Position numbers and translations under genes: made by a program | Shown here: positions 28,523 through 41,167 of the stretch, piece after piece | How positions within the stretch are numbered: position 1 is the stretch's first letter | Layout of the letters: each line of letters begins with the position of its first letter | The notes under the pieces: generated by a model | The model's input: only the letters and a program-made list of their open reading frames with translations | Databases searched by the model: none | Told to the model about the DNA's origin: nothing | Assembly (NCBI RefSeq): GCF_001194135.2 | Contig: NC_068981.1 | Location: 157,085,082-157,149,081 of the forward strand | Source: Octopus bimaculoides | Taxonomy: Eukaryota | Direction of reading: 5' to 3' | DNA length: 64,000 nt

Positions 28523-30508
28523 TTTGAATAATCTGTATAACAGATTGTAAGATGATAATATTGCCAAATAAAAAAGAGAAAAAATGTTCTCATTTTTGTA
28601 ATGGTCTTAATTTGAAAATCCTTTCTCACTTTAATTTAACAGTATTATAATTATCTTCATTATTTTCTTAAAAACATTTTATTATAATTTTTAAAAAAAA
28701 TAAATTCAGTAACAAAGCATTTATATTAAACTGGAGAATGATTGTTGATATCAATATAAATTATAATCATAATATAAATTTTTCTTTCGTCTTCTTATCA
28801 CCATGAAAACCATCTTATATAAATTAGCACCCTAAAATGTAAGAGTTAAAGCTAGTAGAGATGACAGTGTATTAACGTATGCTGTAAAAATGTTGGCAGT
28901 AAATATCCCATCAATGGTTGATTGGTGAAGTCAAATGTTGATGGACCTGTTCACTCGAGTTGTAAATAGGTACCATACGATGATATACTTTATCACAAAT
29001 AAAATACATGCACGACTATTTTATTAGCTTGAAGTGCTGGGCTTAAATCTTCACCTGGCCTTAGTGAAAGCAGTAAGAAACCACACTAGTTCCTAAAGCA
29101 TTTGGTAAAAATAAAATATTTGGAGCTACCCAACAACTCAATGACACTAATGTAATAATGACACAGGGTGGTATCTTATCTTCTACTTGATGCAGTTATT
29201 AGACTGTGGCTATACGGAGGCACAACCTTGAAGGGTTTTAATCAAACAAGTTGATTCCAGTACTTATTTTTTAAGCCTGGTATTTATTCTATTAGTCTGT
29301 TTTGCCAAACTGCTAAGATATGGGGACATAAACAAACCAACACCAGTTGTCAAGTGGTGAAGGAGGACGAACACAAAGACATACAGCCACTTCTTCATTT
29401 TTGTTCATATAAAAAATACATTTTTCATCTCTTAAAAGACAGAACATTTTCATATTATCAATGAAACAGAAAATAATGTGACATTTTCCAGTATTTACGA
29501 AACACTTTCATATCAAAAGAATAAACAAACAAAAAAACCCTATTTCTCCATACAGGATAAGAATATGGAATATACTGGAAATGTATTGGGAACATATAAC
29601 TTAGACACAAGAGAATATTTATGGAACTTTTGTCTAAGCTGGCATGGAAACCCAATTCTTCAGATATATTGCCTTAATATTTTTGAAACAATTAGAGGAA
29701 CACAGAATAAATATGGCTGTAAGTTTAAGATCATTTAGAATCACATGGTTTGGGTTCCATCCAATAGTGCAGTACCTTGGGCAAGTATTTTCTCTCATAG
29801 CCTCAAGTAGATCCAAGCCTTGCGAGAGAATTTGTAAAGATGGAAACTGTTCAGAAGCCTGTCGGATGGACTTTACTTATATCAGGATGGCAGATTTAAT
29901 CACCATTACATGGCCCAGGTGCAAGTATTTGGTCCCAGTGTTCAGTCTGAGATAAACTCAATACCTTAATGTACTGCTTTCTACTGTCGTAACCTATATG
30001 TTGCAATTTTTCCTCACCTCATGAATCTGGGAAGCCTTGCAAAAGGTCACAAGCAATGCCATTATAGATTAATGCTAACTATTCATCTTTGAAGTAAGAG
30101 TGGAAGCTTATTCAAACTATACCAAACTGAGTTTAAAATGGTTATAAATCTTGGATGGGCTTTGAAAATCTGCACATTTACATATTGCTGTGCTGTTTTA
30201 TAGTTGAGAGGTCATCCTATTGATAACCACTGAACTTAAAATAAGAATGCCTCCAATTATCAGTTAAACAGACTTCAGTAAAGTTTACAAAGATGACACT
30301 ATGGTCACTTGTCCAGCTCGCATCATTTTGTGAAATTCTCCTTCATTCTATGAAGGCATTAAAAATCTTTATATAATGATTTCATTTAATTTTAAAATCT
30401 TCCATTTACACATTATCTGGAATACAAACTGGAACCAAGCTTTTACACATTTTCGTATGCACACACTCATACATATCTCCCATCCATATGCACTTATATG
30501 TGTATGTA

Positions 30509-30540
<32 letters not shown>

Positions 30541-30649
30541 CCGGAGTAAGCACATAAAATGTGCAACAAGGTGGAAAAAAGAGTACTCAAATACCACACA
30601 CACACACAAACACATACTGTATATACACACAAAGAATAATGATTTCTCG

Positions 30650-30881
30650 TTAAACTTCATCTGTCAAATCAAGTTCAGAACTAATAAGTTTGTCTTCATC
30701 TTCATCATAAATGCGAGAATTATCCAGTAGTTTGTGTGTTTTGACGTTCTTCTGAGGTAGTTTACATTTTTTGAAGCAGGTGAATTTGTCGTCTTTGTAC
30801 AAAGTATACATTGAACAGCATGAAATGAGGATACTAACAGCCGCAACAATACTCATTGAAATGAAACCATACACATAAAAC
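30650..30881 (-). CDS. NAGPA: NAGPA exon 11: TM helix, cytoplasmic tail, stop
   Basis: Acceptor ttttcctag|G, 232 nt. Reads FYVYGFISMSIVAAVSILISCCSMYTLY-KDDKF...DEDEDKLISSELDLTDEV*. Confidence 0.85.
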
Positions 30882-31087
30882 CTAGGAAAATAAAATAGAA
30901 AACATTATAATTAAATAAATGAGTTTTTGAAAAAGGGTCTCTATTATTTTTTTTTTCAGCATTGCTATGACTATAGATTTGGTTAAAAAAAACACACACT
31001 GCTGTCCATTTATACACTGATAATCTTCAAAATGGGAAGCTGGTATTTTGTCAACTAAACTATATGAAAAAGATAGAGGGACCTCTC

Positions 31088-31125
<38 letters not shown>

Positions 31126-31658
31126 ATGTGTGCAAGCCATGTAAGTCTGGTATTCAGTGAATGGAAAATCCAGGTTTGAATCACTATGTAATTTGGCATC
31201 AAGTATTGCAAAATACTCAAATGATGAGCCAATAAGAAAGCATAGTTACTTGACCAGCTAAAATCTTCCTCAAATCACATCCTACTACCTTTAAAAAACA
31301 CAAAAGGTTACATGCTTTTATATATCTTTAATGTCAAATATGTTTTCTTTACACTGTAGACAGATTTGAATATAATTTTATTTAAAATGAGGTAGTTTTG
31401 GTGAAGGATTGTATGGTATAACTTTAAAGGGATTTGTTGTGTAAGGCAAGAAGGTACAAAGTAAATTACAAAAGGAAAAGCAAACAAAACAAAGTTACAG
31501 TTCCACCTTGTATTTCTATATTTCGGGTGAAGAAGGGGTCCTTACCCTGAACTACAGAAATACAAGGTAAAACTGCAACAGTAAGACATTGGCGTATAGT
31601 GACACAAATATTCAAATTATGGTAGATGTCATTCTGTATATAAAAAGAATAGAGTTAC

Positions 31659-31728
31659 CTGTATTCCTTCGTTCTGTCCACAATTAAATGCTTATGTTGT
31701 ATAATCTTTTGGGCAAGGCAATTACTGG
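31659..31728 (-). CDS. NAGPA: NAGPA exon 10: juxtamembrane stalk
   Basis: attatag|CC...AG|GTAACT, 70 nt, phase 1 to 2. Reads (A)SNCLAQKIIQHKHLIVDRTKEY(R). It supplies the phase change needed between exons 9 and 11. Confidence 0.75.
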
Positions 31729-32426
31729 CTATAATTAATAAAACCAAATTATAGATTATAATCAGCCAAAATACAAAAAAAAGTGAACTATTTTTTGTAC
31801 TCAAACTTTCAACAACACTATCTTACTTCAAAACACAAAGCTAGAGAGAGGAGAAAGGGAATTAAGACAAGAGAGAGAGAGAGAGGAGAAAAAGGAAAGG
31901 AAAATATATGAATAAAAGGTACAAAAGTTTACATATGATACAAAACAATGTTACTTAACTATTGGAAATCTTTATAAAATTTAAGGCAATACTGATTATT
32001 AAATTTAAAGTCACCTCCACCCTTAGTACTCCAGCATTAACTACAACCATGAGTACTATCAATCCTTCTGATAGACATACAAAATAACAATGTAGCCTAT
32101 GAATTTACCACCCCACATGACAATTGCCGAGATCAAACAATATCTTGTACTTATGAAATAGGTTATAATCTTGGCATAATAAATAAACCAGTAGACATTC
32201 CTACTGTTAATTATTCAACAGTAAAATGATATCTGCAGTCAAGCCAGCTGAGGTAAACAGACTTGAGTGCTTTCTAAGAGTCTTAGCACAAAGGTTGTAA
32301 TAAGCTTAACCCATGATCATACAAGCCAGTAGTTCACGACCAGTTTTTTTTTTTTGAATTCACAAATAATGTGTCTATTAACAGATATTAAAAAAAAAGA
32401 GGAAATAAAAAGCTATGGGAATTCAC

Positions 32427-32552
32427 CTTGAAAAATATGTTTGGAATAAGCTGAAGATATAATACATCTTCCAGTAATATGATCACAGCCACAAGCAGCA
32501 GGGCACATACAGACATGTTTACATTGGTCACCATAGAAACCAAAAGGACAGC
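32427..32552 (-). CDS. NAGPA: NAGPA exon 9: EGF-like repeat
   Basis: tttatag|GC...CAAG|GTGAAT, 126 nt, phase 1 to 1. Reads CPFGFYGDQCKHVCMCPAACGCDHITGRC. Confidence 0.9.
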
Positions 32553-33269
32553 CTATAAATGAAGGATAATTTCAAGCATTAAAAACATCATAAAACTAAA
32601 TCAACTGTGGTTAAAAGAAAACATGCAGCTCATTGGTTCTTAACAATTTTCTTGTGACATAATGATTATGTTTTGCCCAATGGTTAGCTTTGAGATAATA
32701 GCGAACTTGACACTGAAATCCAAGAAAAAGGACAGCTTTGGAATACTGGTGTGCATTAAAGTGTAGCTTCTAATAAAGTGACCGCAGAATATTAATATGC
32801 TTTGAAATACAGCTCAGCACAGGACTTAGAATTTTCAGCTACTTGCATCTCTGACTAACATAACAACTTCCTAAACATAGCATTGCATTGATGACATCAA
32901 TCTCAACTTATCTCTTTGAAGTCATCATTCTCAGTAACTTCAATGCATAAGACTATTTTTAACATTTGCACTTCTCACACACTAACTCTACATAAAGGCT
33001 GGATTGTTTACACTCCTGATCTGTCTGTACTCATTAAGCTTCATCACTGATTCATATCTTTGACCGAGTACACCAGTGTACATATGTTTACTTTGTCATT
33101 ACTATCCCTGCTTCACTGGATCATCCGACTATTGTATAGTTAAGGTAGTACAATTACGGTCTCTGAATGCACAAAATCTGAACTTGATCCATTTGATGCT
33201 CCATATTAAAGGGTTAATATCTACCAGTTCTAAGCTAACAAATACCATCTTCATAGGTATGTTCTTTCA

Positions 33270-33495
33270 TCATCATCATCATCATCATTTAACGTCCACT
33301 TTCCATGCTAGCATGGGTTGGACGATTTGACTGAGGACTGGTGAACCAGGTGGCTACACCAGGCTCCAATCTGATTTGGCAGAGTTTCTACAGCTGGATG
33401 CCCTTCCTAACGCCAACCACTCCGAGAGTGTAGTGGATACTTTTACGTGCCACCGGCACGAAGGCCAGTCAGGAGGTACTGGCAACGGCCACGTT
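33270..33495 (-). mobile_element. RTE 3' end, young-looking copy
   Basis: (cat)n tail, ccatgctagcatgg hairpin, CpGs retained, one 3'-UTR repeat unit. Confidence 0.85.
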
Positions 33496-34764
33496 CTTTC
33501 CAAATGGTAATAGAAACAAAACCTTTTATGTGAATTGTTATACTGATTGAAGTGATCAAATGTACACCTACTTTGATTTCAGCATGTTGGTCTCATGACA
33601 CAAAGGTAAACTGAGCGTGTGTTCTGTATCATAGCTTGCTAAAAGTAGTAGCCAAACATTCCTCTTTAAAGGACAAATTGAATAATGTAGTCTGAGGCGT
33701 ACTGTGTCTGAATAATCAAGATAGTCAAGATTGAAATACTTTTGATCATAGATCTGCTTGATCAAAATTAACCTGGGGCTAAAACAATAGCAACAACAAC
33801 AAGTGTCTACAATGTAGCATACCACCCAAATGGTTGTGAAGTGTTCTAGAATCAAGAGACTTAGCAAAATCTTCCTACTGTTCATTTCTCAACCAAGACA
33901 GCTCTAGTAGAAACTTCCAGTTGACACAGCTACCACATTTGTTGCTTGGTTTTTAATTTTTTTTATTTATTACTTTGGTTTGGAGGAAGGGTCTGTATCC
34001 ATGACTTCGGAAAGCTCTCCAAAACTAGTACAGAGATAATATTGATGTTCATCTTGGAAAAGTTCCAATTTAAAGGTTGCAGGAAAGAAATGTGCAGAGA
34101 GGGATTTCTAGTAGACCAATGTTCTGGGGAGGAAAGAGAGAGAATGGTGGACAGAGAGAATGGACTGCCAAGTGAGTGAGATGTGCTTGAGTAGAGGTGG
34201 TACAAAATCAGAAAACTCAGAGGACTAAAGGGCTGTTGTACTTAACACTGTATACATGCAATAAATCTTTGAAACTCTATTGGTGGTCAGCAATATATTT
34301 TAAAATGGGATCAACAGAAGTCAGTAGGTCTTAACATAGCAGAAAGATGATCAATGTAATTGACTTCTTACTATCTTCAAAGAAGGTACTACAAAAATCA
34401 CTAAAGTAGTTTTTATGTTCAATTAGCTCAATGTACTATTGAAATGTAGCTCAACAAACTCATTACAATCTTTGAAATGGGGATCACATAACTCATTAAT
34501 TATATGGCAACATACTTTACAATAAAAATGAATTGACCATGGTTAGAACTGCACTCATACGCTGATGTTAAACTCAAACAAACAAGATAGACATCTAAAT
34601 ATTTGTACACTAATTATTAAAAAATTATGAGTTCTTTCTGAATATCTAATTAGCCATATCCATGCTTTCTTAAGTAAATGTAATCAACAAATTCCACAAC
34701 AACTATGATCAGTTGGAACAGAAATGAGGCTATTACACAACTATAATAAAAACAATGAAGTTAC

Positions 34765-34941
34765 CTTCTTGACAAAATTCTCCAACAAATCCAGGTGGAC
34801 ATGTACAGGCACCAGTAGAAAGATCACAAGTAGAATTATGTTGACAGAGACAAAGTTGACTGCAGTTGACTCCATATCTGCCATGTGGACAAGGAATATG
34901 ACAATCATCCCCCATCCATCCTTCAGTACAAAGACAACCAG
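34765..34941 (-). CDS. NAGPA: NAGPA exon 8: EGF repeats
   Basis: attattag|CT...GAAG|GTAACT, 177 nt, phase 1 to 1. Reads GCLCTEGWMGDDCHIPCPHGRYGVNCSQLCLCQHNSTCDLSTGACTCPPGFVGEFCQE. Confidence 0.92.
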
Positions 34942-36865
34942 CTAATAATGATAAAATACGAACAATTAAATCAATATTTTGAGCAATAATTCTTTTTAAT
35001 TTTGGTACAAGGTCAACAATTTTGAGGGGAAAGTGAAGTCAATAACATCAACCCCAGTACTCAACTGGTACTTATTTTATTGACCACTAAAGGATAAAAT
35101 ACTAAGTTGACATTGGCAGCATTTGAACTCAGAATGTAAAAAGCAGAAAGAAATGCTGCTAAGCATTTTGTCTGGTGCAATAATGGTTCTGCCAGTTTGC
35201 TGCCTTATTCTGAGCGATAATAATAATGAATTCTTTTGACAAGGCACAAAATGAAATTTTGTAATAGACAAGATGTAGTTAAGTCAATCAACATCAGTAT
35301 AATACTGCTATTTATCTCATCAAAACTAGAGAGATGAAATGCTGAAACCTCTCATGATTTGATCTCAGAATCTAGAACTAATCTAATTTCTGTAAGGCAT
35401 TTAGTTCAATACTTGTTTCTTTTACCTTGATGTCTTTTTGGTTATAATGATAACAGCATATTCCTAACTAAGCATAATCATGCTGTATTTTAGTGAAGAA
35501 ACAAATGGGATATTGTGATCCAAATGTCTTTCTATGAGTGTTAATAGTATTAAGTATTAATTTGAACAGGTGATATTTATATGCAAATTAAAAAGAAAAA
35601 AATTACAGTGATACAGTATTTTCATTTCCTTTACATTATTAAATAAAAAAATGTTGGAAATAATCAACAGTAGCTGGAAAAGTATATGAGCATGAATGTC
35701 CTTTAAGTTACATTTGTGTGCAACACTTAATACTGGATAAAAAGACTAGTAGAAACAGCAGTCAAATCTCACTCAAATTACACCGCACTGTCTAAAAAAC
35801 AAAAGCACACATTGGCTAATGCAAACTTAAATTGTCTGAGATTCAGTTGAATTAGGTACTTAAGTTGAAGCACCAAATCTGTCTCGAAGTAAGGTGAATA
35901 AAATCAAAATAAGCAACAGGATATCAAGTACAACCATTTCAAGTGGCTCCGTTTAATTGAACAATGCAATCATTACATTAATTTAAATGCAGTACCATAT
36001 TCAGCTGCACAATAAATAAATAGAATCTTAACCAGTCGAACTCATTAATATAATTTTTCTCAAATATTTTAACAGAGCAAGAAAATGGAGGTAATTCATG
36101 TTGTCGCTATTGTAGCTAAGAATACACTACACTTCCAAGAATCGCATGAAGCCTATTGGAGTCATAGTGTTGTAAAGGATTGTAATTCATTTCTAATTCA
36201 TTTATCTCTTTACCAACTACTAAATCTACGACTAGAAGACTGTGTCTGTTATGAATAAAGGACAAGAGTGAGTTGACAGCTCATGATTAGGTATGGTCAA
36301 AAATATTGTCATGTTTATCTCTTTTCCTCAGGGAGGAAAGAAGACATTAGCAGTAGTCAATTGGATATAAAGTAACTGTCTATAAAAAGAGGCTGGGTGG
36401 GGGAAGACTTTAAATCATGATGTTAATTACCAGTTAAAGGAGCAAGACGCTAAAAAACCTAAGATGTTAATACAGTGGAAATTTTATTTTGGTGCACTAT
36501 GGGTGATTGTTTAAAATCAATAATTGTTATGTTGTTATGTTGTATAAAAAATAAAATTCAAGATTTACAAAAATGATATCATAACCAAAATAGGTAAAAT
36601 GTGTGTATATATCAATTTTCAACATTAAAAAGGAATGATTACATAGAATCAGCATAATATTGATTCATGTACTTAATTATTTACTTAACTGGTTTCTATA
36701 AAGACTATTCAGGACATTTACTTATGGAATACTGGAAAGATAAACATGCTATCTATATATTAATTTTAATTCATGAATCAGAAAAAAATTAAGATGTGTT
36801 CAGATATACACACATTTATATATGTTCAGATACATACACATTTATACATATACAAATATTTATAC

Positions 36866-36915
<50 letters not shown>

Positions 36916-36989
36916 TAACCATCTCGCATAGACTTAAGTAACTGAAAATAATGTTAATAGTAGTTATGCTCCTGGTTGCAATTTCAGAA

Positions 36990-37402
36990 TTAAATCCCAC
37001 TGTCTGTTATTAGGCTGATGTCTAATCTAAAACATAATTAATAAATGTACAATCAAAACTGAGGCTGATAACTTTATATATAGAGGATGTTTGATAAATA
37101 TGAAAAAATGTATCAATAACCATTTTTCATCTTTTAGACTCAAACAAAAAGCCAATTGTACATCCTTATCTAGCAAGGTTTGGGAACTGAAGGAAAGCAG
37201 GATCGAGTGTAGCCTTAAATGGGATTTAATATGGAGAGCGCAGCCTTATAGAGATAATCAATACGGGTGTGAGCTATGCTCTATGGATATTTATGAGATT
37301 TTTAAGTATAGGGAAAAGAACAACCTGATTAATAATAGGTTAAACCTAAGGGTATCATGTATGTATAACATCACCCGTAGATTTAAGTATTTTCGAAACT
37401 AA
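36990..37402 (+). mobile_element. Penelope-like element GIY-YIG endonuclease remnant
   Basis: In frame from 37001: CLLLG*CLI*NIINKCTIKTEADNFIYRGC..KKCINNHFSSFR..TSLSSKVWELKE..IECSLKWDLIWRAQPY...CELC..NLINNR. This follows the PLE EN pattern 'CL.NIIYK..YIG..F..R..NH..SFR..T.LS..IW.LK..I.W.I...CxLC'. Confidence 0.75.
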
Positions 37403-38161
37403 CAATTATCGGTGCCATACTTGACAACTCCTGCCTAGTTAGTCTGACTTCATCCTATTTTGGTGATTACACTATTTTCGTTCCTATGATGTTCTACCCT
37501 ACTGATCATATTATGTATATTTGTAGTGACTTTGTAAAAATAAGTCTCCTTTTAACTAAATTATATACCCCACAGAAACTATAAAATCATACATACAATA
37601 GCACCTGTAACATTACAAGTTACAAAATCTCTTCAGTCTGAATACCTTTAACTGTCCTCACTACATCCATACCTATTACCCCCACTTTTCAGGTTACCTT
37701 TATCTCTCCCCTACCTCAAATGTTAATCCCCTGTCTCTTTAAATGTAGGTTATATGTATTTCTTATTATTTTCTATAAATTCTTATTTTGATATCCTTAC
37801 CTATTAACCTCTTATCCCTTATAAATTATTACTTTTCTTGCTCTTAAATAGATATTTTTCAGTTACTTAAGTCTATGCGAGATGATTATACTATATCCAT
37901 ATAAACGTATAAATATTTGTGTATGTGTATATGTGCACATATATAAATGAGTGTGTATCTGTACATGTCTTTATTTTTTTCTGATACATTGCTTACAATT
38001 AATTTATAGATAGCATGTTTATCTTTCCAGTTATTCAATAAGAAAATGCCCTGAGTAGTCTTTATAGAAACCACCTAATAAGTAATTAATTAAGTACATA
38101 AATGAATATTAAACTGATTCTATGTACTGCATCACTACTTGATATCCTGTTGGTTATTTTG

Positions 38162-38239
<78 letters not shown>

Positions 38240-38269
38240 TATACACACATATACATATATATATACATA

Positions 38270-38568
38270 CATCCCATGCAGTACCATGTAAAAGCACCTG
38301 TGTGGCACCACACAAAAGCACCTGTGCAGTGCCACATAAAAGCATCTATGCAGCACCACAAAAGTACCTGTGCAGCCCCACGTAAATGCGCCCAAGCAGT
38401 GCCATGTAAAATCACCTAGCATACTCTGTAAAGTGGTTGGCATTAGTAAGGGCATCCAAGCGTAGAAACCTTGCCAAATCAGACTGGAGTCTGATGCAGC
38501 TCCCCAGCTCTGGTCAAATCGTCAACCCATGCCAGTATGGACAATAGACATTAAATGATGATGATAAT
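38270..38568 (+). mobile_element. RTE 3' end preceded by ~20-bp tandem units (aaagcacctgtg...)
   Basis: The family tail 'ccatgccagtatgg..gatgatgat' is preceded by about six short repeats. Confidence 0.8.
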
Positions 38569-38604
38569 TAGAAGGCTGTTTGTTAAGACTGGTCAGAAAG
38601 TACT

Positions 38605-38721
38605 TTATTAACATTTGATGGATATTTGTCCTCATCTTGTTTGTTGTTAACACAAGATGAGGACAAATATCCATCAAATGTAAATAATGTACATAATTCC
38701 TCATCTCTTAAATATAGAACT
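38605..38721 (+). mobile_element. Internally deleted copy of the fold-back element at 55408-55923
   Basis: Perfect 30-bp arms (38611-38640 and 38652-38681) around an 11-nt spacer, then the same one-sided tail 'gtacataattcctcatctcttaaatatagaact'. Confidence 0.8.
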
Positions 38722-39317
38722 GTGTGGTCAGAAGGTGATCATTAGTTTCACACCTATGGTCACTCTTTGACTGGCCATCACAAACAACCTTCTAAATATA
38801 TTACTGCTATGTTTTAAAGTCTCCATTTTTTTTGGGGGGGGGGGGATATACGAACTACTGAAGATATATTCATTCATTCGGTTTTCATTGTGCTTTGTGG
38901 CACTTGAGGTGACAGCAAGATCTTCCCACCTTCTAACACTGAAAGCATCCTTAACAGCTTGTTCCATAGTTGACCCTCTGCTTTTTAGATCTTTTATTGT
39001 TCTGCATCACATTTCCTTTGGTTGGCCATGTCTTCTTTTACCTTGTGGAACCCATTGCAAAGCGATCCTGGCAACAGACTCAACCCAACCATTTCCATCT
39101 CCTTGCTTCAACAGTTTCTCTTATTGGTTTCATGTTAGCCTTGGTATGTAGTTGGCTATTTGAGATCATATTTAGCTAGTAAACTTTCAAAATTTATATA
39201 CACACATGCATACATACAAACACTTTTTCCTTGGTTAGTCTGGAGTGTCCATACTATTGTCTCATGAGGCATGTTCATTGAAGCAATTTTGAAATATTTC
39301 AAGAATGTTCTACGTAC

Positions 39318-39517
39318 CTTCTGTACATTTCCCATGTTCACTGCAGTCATTTTCACATTTAACAGTTTGACACTGATCACCTGACCAGAAACCTGAACAG
39401 TTACAACGACCAAAGACACACTGACCATGTCCATTACAGTCAGTGGGATCACAAAGAGGTTCATGTACACACAGTATTGTTGACACCTCACGAGGACATC
39501 GAAACTTCTTATCACTA
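39318..39517 (-). CDS. NAGPA: NAGPA exon 7: end of catalytic domain and EGF repeats
   Basis: tttatttag|TAG.. (tandem acceptor) ...GAAG|GTACGT, 200 nt. Reads SDKKFRCPREVSTILCVHEPLCDPTDCNGHGQCVFGRCNC, compared with human 'RCPRQVSTVVCVHEPRCQPPDCHGHG'. Confidence 0.95.
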
Positions 39518-39974
39518 CTAAATAAAAAGAAATAAAAAAAAATAAACAACATAAAAACCAAACAGAAAAAGAAAAGCAATTTTCACTCAAAATACATGTC
39601 ATATAACATTGTAGGTTAATATTTACTGTTTCTCGTTATGATTTTAGATAATTGTTGGCAACAAAGGGATTCTTTGTCTTTGCCAAAACTAAATGATAGG
39701 AAACCTAATGCTGCATCTTTCACCTTTTAGTTATTTTTAGTCACTGGACTGTAGTCATGCTGGGGAACCATCTTGAAGGGCTTAGTTGAATAAATCAACT
39801 TTAGCACCTATTTTTTTAAAGTTGGGTACTTATTCTATTGGAACCTTTTGTTGAACTGTTAAGTTATGGGCACATAAACAAACCAACACACACAAATATA
39901 TTCATATACATACACATTTACACACATACATACATAATGAAACTGAGTCCTGGAAATGCTGTATATTCCACCCA

Positions 39975-40310
39975 CATCATCATCATCATCATCATCGTTT
40001 AACGTCCGCTTTCCATGCTGGCATGGGTTGGACGATTTGACTGGGGACTGGCACTGGCAAACCAGATGGCTACACCAGACTCCAATCTGATCTGGCAGAG
40101 TTTCTACAGCTGGATGCCCTTCCTAACGCCAACCACTCCGAGAGTGTAGCGGGTGCTTTTATGTGCCACCGGTACGAAGGCCAGTCAGGTGGTACTGGCA
40201 ACGACCACGCTCAAAATGGTGTATTTTACGTGCCACCAGCATGCACGATCTCGCTCGAATGTCTTTTTTACACGTTCCACCAGCACAAGTGCCAGGAAGG
40301 CGACGCTGGG
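39975..40310 (-). mobile_element. RTE 3' end with several 3'-UTR repeat units
   Basis: (cat)n tail, hairpin and CpG-rich repeats 'gtgccaccggtacgaaggccagtcagg'. Confidence 0.85.
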
Positions 40311-41038
40311 CACAGGTGCCATCACGATCACACACACCACCTCAATGAACCAAACTACATCTCTTCATGCACTATATTTGTCTCTTCTTCATGCTTCTCT
40401 TGTAGCTCAACACTGCTTCGTTATCTTTCTCTCCTGTCCTCTCTACTGCTAAATGAATCATTGCTATCTTGCTGCTCCTCTACATACCTGTGTTAACTAC
40501 TCACTGCATTGCCCTTCTCCTCCCCTCTGCTCCCTTACACTCTTATAAACTCTCTGCTCACTCTCCCTGTCCAATCTTCTGTATCATTTCACTGACATTC
40601 ACCTTCTTGTACCTTGAGGATGTGGTAGATTTGGTAGATGGAAACTGAAAGAAGCCTGCCATGTGTATGTGTGTGTGTGCATGTGTGTATGTGTTGTGTA
40701 CACTTGTGTAGACATGTGAAGGTTGTAAATGAACATCATTGTCATATTAGCAAGGAAGTTTGTTTCTGTGAAAAACCTGTCTGGCTACGGAGAAATATTA
40801 CTTTGCTTGGAAACAAGCGAGGGTTAGTGACAAGAAGGTTATCTGGCTGTTGAAAATTTGCTTCAACAAATTCCATTTGGTCCATGCAGGCATGGTAAAA
40901 TGGACATTAAACGACAATGATGATGCATAGTTGTCTCTTCAGTAAATTATGAAATACAAGGACATATATTTTTTTTAATTGTGTAGCATTTTTAATTTCA
41001 AAACTGAGACTAGGGTTACATCAAAGTTTTTCACTTAC

Positions 41039-41167
41039 CACATATCTGATGGGTTGTTGACCAAAGTTCCATTCATTACAAGTGTAACTGAGCCACCACC
41101 ATCTAAATTGATAGCATTGACTGCACCAAGGTCTTTCATGAGGTCAGCCAATTCATACAAATTGATG
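41039..41167 (-). CDS. NAGPA: NAGPA exon 6
   Basis: tttacag|C...TG|GTAAGT, 129 nt. Reads INLYELADLMKDLGAVNAINLDGGGSVTLVMNGTLVNNPSDM, containing the diagnostic NLDGGGS motif. Confidence 0.97.

Noticed and set aside
28740-30330. Unique-looking sequence between the two genes as a possible third gene
   Set aside because: No open frame with splice support on either strand; most simply NAGPA 3' UTR or intergenic DNA with SINE fragments.
38086-38455. ORFs rich in YIYI, ERER, SLSL or CVCV
   Set aside because: These are translations of dinucleotide microsatellites.
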